From NCBI RefSeq assembly GCF_964355755.1, contig NC_092670.1, positions 31,918,388 to 31,982,387 of the forward strand: 64,000 bases of DNA, in the 5' to 3' direction. The notes under the pieces are model-generated. The model did not search any database. It was given only the letters and a program-made list of their open reading frames with translations, and was not told the DNA's origin. Source of the stretch: Antedon mediterranea. Lineage: Eukaryota; Animalia; Echinodermata. Below, one piece after another: positions 1-10,908 of this stretch (its first letter is position 1; every line of letters begins with the position of its first letter). The translations under genes were made by a program, and so were the position numbers.

Positions 1-975
1 TGGATCTGTCAATTTACTAAGAAAAAAACACTTTAAAATGATTTTAACATACCTATATACATGGGAATCAAATATATATTAGCAATAATATAAAACGGTT
101 TGAGAACGTATTGGCGATGCTTAGTAAAGCGGAACAAAATAAGAGTTTTGGAATATGTTTTTTTTTCGACCTGGTATTTCACAACTTTTACTAAAATGTC
201 ATTATATTTATAAAATATAATTTTTCCACCTTATTTCTTTTCATACAAGTCAACTTTTGTGACAATAATTCATAATACAATTTACTTTTTTAACAAGTCA
301 AAGAGGTCTGGATTGAAATGACAATATTTCATTTATATAATTTCTTGTTTTATGCTAGTAATTATATTATATTCCTATGCAATATATAATTACGATTATA
401 TATAAAAGGTGTATCAAACTTTGAGCAATAAACGAGGTGGTTTCTTAAAGTTAATCTGTTGTGTTGGTCATAATATTTTGAATATTATTATTATTATTAA
501 TATACAGTAAGGGGTTGTTTGTACATTGTTAGAAGTAAATTAGATTAATATAGTCAATTGTCATCACTTTTTCACTACCCATCCCAGTCCCCCAAAACAG
601 ATCGTCATATTTTATATTAATAATTATACTTAAAGCACCCTTTTCTCGTCTGTTTTTAACATCTCGATACGGCATTGGTCTTCAGTTAGTATCCGTATTT
701 CGCTTCAAATTAAAATAAAATATTTTAATTACTTTGGTGACTTTTTTCATGAAATTTTGAATTGATCAGTCCACGCAGAGAATATTTTATAATACAGTAC
801 TGTTGGTATTTGTCGCAGCCAGTCATAAGATCAATATCTTAAGACGAGGCTCAGTGTCCTGTTAGATTGCCTAGATTCAATCCATGCCTTTCATATACAC
901 ACCGTATAAAGTGCAGCGTTATATATTATAACAACAAAAGAAATAAAGAAGACAACAAATTGCACATCAAATCAG

Positions 976-1067
976 TTTATTAGATGAATCAATTGCTGAT
1001 GTTAGATTTTTAGTCAGTCAACATTAAAAATTGCACATATTTTTAATTGCAAATATTCTATTTTATT
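976..1067 (-). terminator. Candidate polyadenylation signals of paralogue A
   Basis: AATAAA on the minus strand at 1067-1062 and 981-976, about 135 and 220 nt past the stop. AT-rich DNA makes chance matches likely. Confidence 0.35.
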
Positions 1068-1200
1068 ACGATTTAAAGTTGAACTTAAGTGATTAATTTC
1101 AGTTGTGCCCACGCATCCATGATTTGACAAGAGAAGGTAATGGATATAAATAATTTACTATAGTTTTAAGGTTTGTGTATTCTCGTTTTGGATATTTGAT

Positions 1201-4200
1201 TTAGTGTCTAAATCTTAGTGGAACGAATGCCTCGAATGCGACATCATCAACATCAGCTGCGATCTTCTCAGAGCTTCGTCGTCCTCGATTGGTGCTGCTG
1301 CAAAGGTTTCTATTATCTTTTAGATCTTTACAAGCTGAGCTGGACTTGCCTGGCTTACATGCGAACATCTTGCATTTTACCATTACCTTAACAAATATAC
1401 ATTATACTACTATATTAGACTTAGAAAGTACAGTATAACTAAACAACGTTCAAGAGAATTATTTAAACAAATATATAATTTTAGAAGGTACTCAAAATGC
1501 TTTAAAGGAGATATTCATTGTTAAACAAAGGTTTTACACTTTTATTCATTTGTACAATAGAACCCTCCTTTGGGAAATCACAACGATGGGAGGCAATATA
1601 TTGAGGAGACATCCCTATTATGGGGACACGTTATGGGGTCCCAACGGTGAGAGGCAATATATTGAGGAGACATCCCTATTATGGGGACACGTTATGGGGT
1701 CCCAACGATGAGAGGCAATATATTGAGGAGACATCCCTATTATGGGGACACGTTATGGGGTCCCAACGGTGAGAGGCAATATATTGAGGAGACATCCCTA
1801 TTATGGGGACACGTTATGGGGTCCCAACGATGAGAGGCAATATATTGAGGAGACATCCCTATTATGGGGACACGTTATGGGGTCCCAACGATGAGAGGCA
1901 ATATATTGAGGAGACATCCCTATTATGGGGACACGTTATGGGGTCCCAACGATGAGAGGCAATATATTGAGGAGACATCCCTATTATGGGGACACGTTAT
2001 GGGGTCCCAACGATGAGAGGCAATATATTGAGGAGACATCCCTATTATGGGGACACGTTATGGGGTCCCAACGATGAGAGGCAATATATTGAGGAGACAT
2101 CCCTATTATGGGGACACGTTATGGGGTCCCAACGATGAGAGGCAATATATTGAGGAGGAGACATCCCTATTATGGGGACACGTTATGGGGTCCCAACGGT
2201 GTTAGGCAATATATTGAGGAGGAGACATCCCTATTATGGGGACACGTTATGGGGTCCCAACGATGAGAGGCAATATATTGAGGAGACATCCCTATTATGG
2301 GGACACGTTATGGGGTCCCAACGGTGAGAGGCAATATATTGAGGAGGAGACATCCCTATTATGGGGACACGTTATGGGGTCCCAACGGTGAGAGGCAATA
2401 TATTGAGGAGGAGAAATCCCTATTATGGGGACACGTTATGGGGTCCCAACGATGAGAGGCAATATATTGAGGAGACATCCCTATTATGGGGACACGTTAT
2501 GGGGTCCCAACGATGAGAGGCAATATATTGAGGAGACATCCCTATTATGGGGACACGTTATGGGGTCCCAACGGTGAAAGGCAATATATTGAGGAGACAT
2601 CCCTATTATGGGGACACGTTATGGGGTCCCAACGATGAGAGGCAATATATTGAGGAGACATCCCTATTATGGGGACACGTTATGGGGTCCCAACGGTGAG
2701 AGGCAATATATTGAGGAGACATCCCTATTATGGGGACACGTTATGGGGTCCCAACGGTGAGAGGCAATATATTGAGGAGACATCCCTATTATGGGGACAC
2801 GTTATGGGGTCCCAACGGTGAGAGGCAATATATTGAGGAGACATCCCTATTATGGGGACACGTTATGGGGTCCCAACGGTGTTAGGCAATATATTGAGGA
2901 GACATCCCTATTATGGGGACACGTTATGGGGTCCCAACGGTGAGAGACAATATATTGAGGAGACATCCCTATTATGGGGACACGTTATGGGGTCCCAACG
3001 GTGAGAGACAATATATTGAGGAGACATCCCTATTATGGGGACACGTTATGGGGTCCCAACGATGAGAGGCAATATATTGAGGAGACATCCCTATTATGGG
3101 GACACGTTATGGGGTCCCAACGGTGTTAGGCAATATATTGAGGAGACATCCCTATTATGGGGACACGTTATGGGGTCCCAACGGTGAGAGACAATATATT
3201 GAGGAGACATCCCTATTATGGGGACACGTTATGGGGTCCCAACGGTGAGAGACAATATATTGAGGAGACATCCCTATTATGGGGACACGTTATGGGGTCC
3301 CAACGGTGTCCTCTTAATACTGGGGTTCTTCAGTAGGCTATAAGAGAACCAGTTACCTTTTTAAACTCCGAATCGAGTATTGTAATTGTGAAGTATCTAT
3401 TTTTGTTTCTCTATTACTGTTTTATATGATATTATTTTCGGCCTCCATTTAAACCAGCGTGTTCTTTTACATTACACCACATTCGTCTATTGTCTAATGT
3501 GATTGTTGTATTTGAACAATACTTACTTGATCATTTGAGGCGTAGTGAAGGAAGGAGAAAGCAGAGACAGCAAATCTCTTCTCAGATGCTGATAAATCTG
3601 TATATTGAACAGTGTTGTCTACTGGGCATCTATTAGACATAAATATTTTATTTTATTTTATTCAATTTTCAGGCACAACAATACATGACAATACAGCGGT
3701 GCAGCACCCTGAGGATTGCCATGAGTGCAAAGCACTATCGAGATGGCTCTCCATATACTGCACTAGAACATATAAGACAAACATATACACAAGATGCTCT
3801 ACATAAACAAAGACTTAATATTAAGTCTTTGGGAGTGGAGTTGTAAATTGTCATGAGAAAAAAACCCTGGCAGGACTTGAACCCAGGACCCTTAGATTGG
3901 TAGCCAAGCATCATAACCACCAAGCCACAGCTCCATTAATATAAGTGTATTTTTGTGATTTAGTAAAATACAATGTAGGATTGACCAATCTGAGCTTATA
4001 AATTATAAAAACATAAAAGGTTTTAACAAACGTATTTTTACTTAATTCAGGGAATTTAATGTTTTCTTTAGGTTACAAACCCCGCAAGAAATCAGTTGAC
4101 AAATTGGGTTTTATATTGTATCGAAAGTTGTTGTTTACGTACCCATTTTTAATGAATTCATAATCAGCATCGTACTTGGTACAAGTTCTATCAAGAGGGG

Positions 4201-7200
4201 TTGCTTTACAGGATTCAATTTCCACATCCATTCCCTTTTTGACTGGTTTTGCAGAAAATGTTAGGGTGTCGTTGAGGAAAACCGATGGTGAAAGTCCAGC
4301 AGGGACTTGTTTCATGTTCTCATCGAACAAAGTCAAGTAGGTTCTGAAAGATCCCTTACCGGCGTGTTTGGTTGTCGTAACAGTTGTATCTGGGTCGTAA
4401 AAGACGTCAGCAGTGTCCATGCCTTTGATGTCACAGAACACCTTCATTTCAAACTGACGCTTATGTCGGGAAATTGGTAATCCTGGACCTGCTGGTTCTG
4501 GATCGTCACGGAGGGTGTTGAGGAATCTGGTCAATCCTTTCTTAGGATTCTTCAAATAAAAATAGGATATTTTTCAATAACTAATCATTAATTGTGTTAG
4601 TAATCAAATATTTCTGATAAGAGAGCTGATGCTTTTGAAACTTTATGGAAACAGATCTAATAGATGATGATCAGAGTCTTGTGTAAAATTGTTCCCTTGA
4701 TGCCAATGATGGTGTGTATGTATGTCAATGTGCTTTGTACCACCATAAACAGTTTTAATTATATGAACACTAGTGATAAATACTAATATTACAAATTACA
4801 TACTAATAATTTACTAATATGGCTACTGTTATTGTTTAAGGTTAATTTGAGATTACCAATACACTTACGAGGATTCTGGTCTCACATTCATCGTATCCGA
4901 ATCGGACCATCATAAATGTGTCGTTAAGAGGCTTAGCAACACAAGTTGGATCGTGAAGATGAAGTTTTTTTGGTGAAATATCATTTACGTAGGTCCTTGG
5001 AATGTAGAATGTAATTTCATTATCACCGCAGTCAACAGCTGGTTCAAGTGGTTTTGCTGTAAGAAATAAGGTGTTTTTGTTTTTAAACTCATTAAAAGGA
5101 AATGGGTAGCTCAAAAGTGGTCAATTGGTTAAGGCTGGACCACCGAAAACCATAACCATACAATTGGCGCAGAGCTCTGCTTGACCATTGTTGTGGCGGT
5201 AGAAAAAGTCTACTCGGAGAACTTGCAACTGGAGGTCCAAACTTAACTGGCTCATGTGCACTTTAAAGAGCCCAGGGCATCCTGTGGAAGAATGGGTCAC
5301 ACCAGTTTATCTCAGCCCATGTCATTTTTTGCTTTGTGTTACACTGTTGCTACCATGGTCCGAATTTTCTCAATTGGGGATAAATGATAGAAGAAAGTGA
5401 ACAACATAAATGTATTGGTTATAACGCAACATTGATACAACACTTACGTGTCTGGAAAACAAATGCTCCTGCGTCACTTGGGTTGGTTGCACTTCGACCA
5501 CAGGCGTCATTGTAGGAAACTTCACCAAAGCCGTCGTCAACACTAACACTGAAGATAGTGTTTGGTGCTAGATGCTGTGGAGGTCTGTATTTTATCTTTT
5601 TAGACTTTTCGCCATCAAATATAACTTGGTTCTCTTTTGAAGCATCGTATTTGGCAATGATCTCTCCAGTCATGATGTTGCTGATATAGATAAACTTCTT
5701 CTTTTTTGGTCGTGTGATCTGAAGTAAAAATCAAATTGTTTAATAATAAACACCCCTGAGTTTATCTCTGCCATTTGAAACAGTGGTACTATTGCACCTT
5801 TAGAGCAAGCAATGCCGCCTTTTAAAAGTGTGCGCCGCCATCTATAACTGCCCTTGTAATGGCCTACTAGCCTTCTTCCAGACATATTCCAGATGAAAGC
5901 AACGGTTTAATTGAATGAAAGTTTACTTTAGGAGAACAGTGGGCGTGTTATAAAACATAAATAATCTTTACAATATTACTAATGTTAAAGGTAAAGGCGA
6001 TAAATAGATAAACATACATTTTCTTACATAAAACAAAAGCAATTAGGACAGTTTTCATAATAGAACATAATAGGATAACCATTTATGCTGTAAAGTCAAA
6101 TTAAATGACGTCGTGATCATTATTTTATCGTCACGATATTATTGCTCTTACTAATAATAATTGGATGATTGGATGTGTGAACATATTATTTTCATCAAAG
6201 GCAGCCTATAATGGTTATCCTGTTCTATGATGAAAACTAACTGTTATAATATTTCTTTGTTTTATGTAGGAATTTATCGTTATTGTCCTAGTGTAGATAG
6301 CTCTAAGGCGGCCGCAATCTCAAAATATGTAATCGTTTGAGCCTAAGTCGATAAACTATTATACAATAGATGACGATTGATCTCTTACCCCTTGGTCGAA
6401 GGCAACCCACCAGTATTCAGCTTCTAAGTCAAGTGGTTGGCCCATAAGTGGGTAGGATTTTTGTGGTTCAACTTGTGGTAGTGTTTTAGGTGGTTCTGTT
6501 ACTTCTTCAGTTGTAACAGAAATCTTTCCTACTTTAGGATCGTTCTGAACACTAAAAATAATTAATACAGATAAACAAAAATCAATCGTTTCCAAGTTAA
6601 AAGATTGAATAGCCTAGCTTAGGCCTACTGAAGGACCTCCGACGACTGATGACACAGTATGTGGAGGTACTAAGTCATCACAAATCTAAAGCACTTTTAA
6701 TTTAATTATACATCTATTTACCCGTTGTCATCGATGGCAGTGAAACTAAAAGCATTCATTCCGGCCTTCATACTTCTGAAGGTGATCACTGCTTCAACCA
6801 CTTTAGCTGGTGGTGGTTTAGTGTATTCGAATGTGAAACCATCTGGCCAACTTCCTTGTACCTCTTGGACACTGTGGTATAAACATAATTTTAATAGTTT
6901 TAATCACAATTATTAGATCTTTTACACTGAGAACATACTGTTAATTCGTTGAAAATAGTGGCCAATCGGTACACAACAGTAACATTTTTTATATCGATTA
7001 TAAATATATAGCACATAGATAGTATTGTGAAATGAAAATGATGACACGCCCGACGACAGTGTACAAGTATAAGAAGAATGCAATGAACTTACACGCTACC
7101 ATCAGAGTCTTCTGGCAAGTAAGCTCTAAGAGTTGTGGTAAACACTTCACCGACTCGAATCGATGTACACTCAGCAATGTCAATTGTTGGTCCAATACAA

Positions 7201-9973
7201 GAACCGGCTAAGATACGAATATTATGAAACTTAAATAAAAGTATAACCTACTATAGAATTTACAAGTTAGTTTCTACTTCTACCTAAGTTCGACACAATA
7301 ATATCCCAGAGAAAGGTTATTTACATTGTTTCGGTGCGCATGCCCAGAATTTACATGGTGCAGAATCATGGAATTGGTCAATACTACGAAGCCTTTAAAG
7401 ATATTGAAATTGATTCTTAAATAAATAAAATAACCTCAGCTTACGTTCTGTTACGTCAAGGAGGAACTGATATGGAACTGTACTTTTAGCCTCAAAGCTC
7501 TTTTTGTTCTTAAAATCTTCTACCATGACAGAGGCACCATACCATCCAAGACCACTGTTATCATCGGTGTCAAATTGAATAAGGCATTTATCCTGTTAGA
7601 TAAATAATATTGGTAAAATGTATGTATATCGGCAGTTAAGATCACTTAGTTACAAATATTATTATACTTTGTATGATAGAGGTAATGTGTCTCAGAATCT
7701 GGATATCGTAAACAGCTACGGTAACACAACGTCTTGACAGTTACTATGCTAAACGGGATTGGTTGGTTTGGGACCAGTCCGAACTGATTTCGGTTATCAT
7801 TGTTGGTGAAATGACCGATTCACCAAGTCGTGTGTGTTGTATGCTTTTCAAGAATAATTCTTACCTCGTATAAATATGTAATAGGAGTTGGTTGTCCACA
7901 GACCGGTTTCTTATCATCATAGCCTCTTGCTGGTGGGCACTCGTTCTTTGCTGGATCTGCCCATCGGCATCTAATGAAGTCGTTATCGGGATCAGTTGCT
8001 AAAATAACAAACATAACATTCGAATTATTTTACTTTCAAATAAAGCGATAAATACCACCCGTACCATTATAAATGTATTATTGAATTAACATTTTTGTAA
8101 TAATTGCATAGTAATACTAATACTAGGTTAAGAATATGGTCATGTAACTTTCAAAGTTAAACAGAGGTACGTAAGGTAGTGTAACTTTCTAAGTTAAAGA
8201 ACCGATGTACGTAAGGTAATGTTATTTTTCAAGTTAATAACAGGTGTACGTCAAATAGTGTCACTTTCTAAGTTACGGAACCAGTGTGCGTAAGATAATG
8301 TCACTTTCTAAGTTAAGGAACCAGTGTACGTAAAATATTGTCACTTTCCAAGTTAAGGAAACGGTGTACGTAACGTATGTCACTTTTCAAGAGATCAGTG
8401 TAAGTGTAAGTGTATTGGCATGAGAATGTGATGTATCTCATAAGGATCATACCATGCTAATTATGATACTGGTTACGGTGTGTATGTTCATTGTCATTTA
8501 AAATGAACAGATATACAATTATTGTTTTTCTGAAAATTTAAAACAACGTACGCATCAAGTCAATCAAACGACTGCAGCCCTGCCGTACTCTGTATACTGG
8601 TAAACCAGTTGTTACTCTTGGTGAGTTGTTATTGATAGAAGTATCGACGTCTGTAAGGAGAGACCAGCATTTACCACCTTCGTAGTTCTGGAGGTAGATC
8701 CAGCTACTGTCTGTGCAGCGTCCACCTGTGTGGTAGCTTGAGAAAGATAAATTGTATTATTATTAATTAATTTGTATGTATATAACAAACTGATAGAATT
8801 ATAAAAACATGCCTTTTTTATAATTTCATCGCCGGTACACCAATTATTTGTTACTTTTTTTTTTATTTCATTATGTCTGATTTGTGTGTCGCATATCTTT
8901 ACTTTATCCTCTAATTAGTAATTTGTCTATAATGGCATTGCTGCTCCGAAATCATCCATGAATACATCCCTGATGAACTTTCCACAACACGTCGCCTTCT
9001 TTGTTAACAATGACCAGTGGAGGTGGTCAATAAGTATAACTATGGTTTTTATAAAAATGAAAGCACTCTTACTTCATTCTGAAGATGTCTTTCTCTGAAT
9101 GGTAATCAATGTGCCCTTGCAGGATACTCCATCCCATTTCTCTTGAGATAGATACACATTCCATGTGTAGTGGAGAAAGGATGGTTTGGTTGGTCATACA
9201 GTCTTGACAATCCAGGACCAAGGCTGTCTCGGCCTGGAGGATATCACCTGCTTGTTGACAGTAGTACTCGGGGTAGGAAGATGTTAGTTGGAAAGCCAAA
9301 CGCCAGTATACACGGATCTAAGTATTGTAATCAAACATCGTTTAGATATGAGGACAGCTAAAGTTACAATTGTCTAACGATATCTACAACAAACAGTGTT
9401 GTCAGTACGATAACAATATTGTGATCAATATTGAAAACAGACAACGATGTAGCAACGCAAGAACAACGTTTAAATGGTTTTAAAGTTCTGTTTTTTTTTT
9501 TAAATTAACTCCATTTAGTTTTCGACAGAATTAACGTTGTTAAATACGCCCCTTTTTCAAGAAGTTATGATACAAGGCTTTTTCGTAATGTTATAAGGAA
9601 AAATAACGATGTTTCAATAAATAACCGGTACAGTATTTCATATCAAATGCTGTTGCATAGGTTACATTTTATAAACAATTTTAAACTCGAGCTGAGCTAT
9701 CCATCCGTCTTGCTATTCTCATAGAGAGTATAAGTCCGAGTATTTGTAGTTGTGGAAATTTCTATATTAGTGTATATATTTTTTAATTTTACAACTTAGT
9801 TTTAAAATTATGAATGTAAATCTAGGTTTGAGTATTAGTATGAGTAGAAATAAATGATAGGCGGTTACCTTTGATCTGCCAAGTCGCTCCCAATAGAAGG
9901 TACCACCACGGTAATGAGTGGCTACTGCCAGTTGCACAAAAGCAAACAACCCTAATAATACGACTGCACGCAT
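1201..9973 (-). CDS. Secreted ZP-domain protein, paralogue A (signal peptide + Sib/integrin-beta-like-type N-terminal region + Ig-like/Big_5-like domain + ZP-N/ZP-C), 799 aa, 13 coding exons
   Basis: Exons assembled by hand, all GT-AG and phase-compatible: 9973-9869, 9317-9073, 8736-8552, 7998-7865, 7592-7445, 7207-7093, 6871-6722, 6551-6389, 5718-5448, 5056-4869, 4549-4143, 3629-3527, 1386-1201 (2400 nt, no internal stop). Starts MRAVVLLGLFAFVQLAVA|THYRGGTFYW. ZP signatures: VDCGDNEITFYIP, GYDECETR, SCKATP, FIKNGCPVDNTV, RFAVSAFSF, VKCKMFAC, then furin-like RGRR. Each exon has an equivalent in paralogue B. Confidence 0.88.
1555..3333. repeat. 61-bp minisatellite (about 28 near-identical units, 1581-3308) bounded by Tc1/pogo-type MITE ends, in the last intron of paralogue A
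   Basis: Unit CAACG(A/G)TGAGAGGCAATATATTGAGGAGACATCCCTATTATGGGGACACGTTATGGGGTCC; four units carry an extra GAG. Flanked by TA-CAATAGAACCC on the left and GGGGTTCTTCAG-TA on the right. Confidence 0.92.
3645..3935 (-). mobile_element. tRNA-derived SINE
   Basis: Minus-strand head with A box TGGCTTGGTGG and B box GGTTCAAGTCC, then an unrelated body of about 200 nt and an (AAATA)n tail. Confidence 0.65.
5115..5310 (+). mobile_element. Degenerate tRNA-derived SINE (same family or core as 43525-43810)
   Basis: A-box-like GTGGTCAATTGGTTAAG; shares GCTCATGTGCACTTTAAAGA, GGTAGAA(A/C)AAGTC and AGGTCCA blocks with the copy at 43.6 kb. Confidence 0.5.
8144..8390. repeat. Degenerate tandem repeat of about 39 bp, about 6 copies
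   Basis: Recurring GT(A/C)ACTTTC(T/A)AAGTTAA...GTACGTAAG in an intron of paralogue A. Confidence 0.75.
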
Positions 9974-10096
9974 GATTTCTTCAGGGTCTCTAAAAACAAA
10001 CCAGATACCGTCAATGATGACAAAAAAAAAAACCGTCAATATTTTTTTCTTATTTGGCTTTTTTATCATGATTTTGATGTATACAGTTTGTATCCA

Positions 10097-10263
10097 TAAA
10101 GCTCTATACGCTATCAAACTTTATGTGACAACAAATGTGATGTAATGTGCCCATAATGGACATCATGATGTCATATCACTACCATTTTTAGGCATATCAC
10201 TACCATATCTGGGCACATCACATTTTGTTGTCAATATAGTTTGATAGTGTAGACAGACCTTTA
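10097..10263. mobile_element. Short MITE (TIR about AAAGCTCTGTCTACACTATCAAACT), multi-copy family
   Basis: TAAAGCTCTATACGCTATCAAACT ... AGTTTGATAGTGTAGACAGACCTTTA. Related copies at 15176-15216 (partial), 27718-27853 and 44195-44318. Confidence 0.7.
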
Positions 10264-10805
10264 GAAAAAAATAATGTAACGTAATTTAATATAGTGTTTC
10301 AACAATATAAAATAATCACCAAATCATTGAGTCTTTTAATCTATTTTTTATAAATATAAACACAACATGATATCGTTTTCAAATAATATCACTAATAACT
10401 TAATATTTCATCAACATATCCTATCATGTGTATTCATACCATGTAACTTTTTCATTTTTGTTTAGACAACTACCTAATAAGTAACATAACAAAGTGTTAC
10501 GCTCCATATATTAGAACATTTCTTCTAAATATTATTTAATGTTATGCATTCATACAGTTTACGTTTATTTATACTGATAAGCTTATAAAGGTGATTATAC
10601 CGTAAAGTAAGAGTCATAAAAATGGTATTCTTTTCGAGTTTACGTTGATGGTATTATTATTGTTACTATTAAAATACAATGTATGAAATATATAACTTTA
10701 TAATACATATATTATTATTCAATGACGAACATATTTGTTAATTATTAATAGGCCTATTTAATTAAACATGTAATTGAAATAATTATGAAAATGATAAGAA
10801 CTTAC

Positions 10806-10908
10806 CACAATTATCTACAAATCACTATGCTCGGCAGGAAAGTTTGGCCGAATACAAGGTGACTGCGATTACATCCTTTTATAATTCTGTCGCAATTTTA
10901 GCCCCGCC
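10806..10908 (-). promoter_or_regulatory. Core promoter and non-coding exon 1 of paralogue A
   Basis: Minus-strand TATAAAAG at 10883-10876, GC box at 10901-10908, predicted TSS near 10853, GTAAG donor at 10805-10801. The exon carrying the ATG has its own acceptor at 9991-9990. The same layout precedes paralogue B. Confidence 0.6.

Noticed and set aside
1581-3308. CRISPR-like regular array
   Set aside because: Units are contiguous and near-identical with no unique spacers, there are no cas genes, and the array lies in a spliceosomal intron.
3860-3935. Possible tRNA gene
   Set aside because: A and B boxes are present, but the acceptor stem pairs poorly and the sequence continues into a body and A-rich tail, so it is a SINE head.
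6628-6686. Possible extra exon in paralogue A
   Set aside because: It would leave an intron of about 35 nt and has no counterpart in paralogue B; the flanking exons already join in phase.
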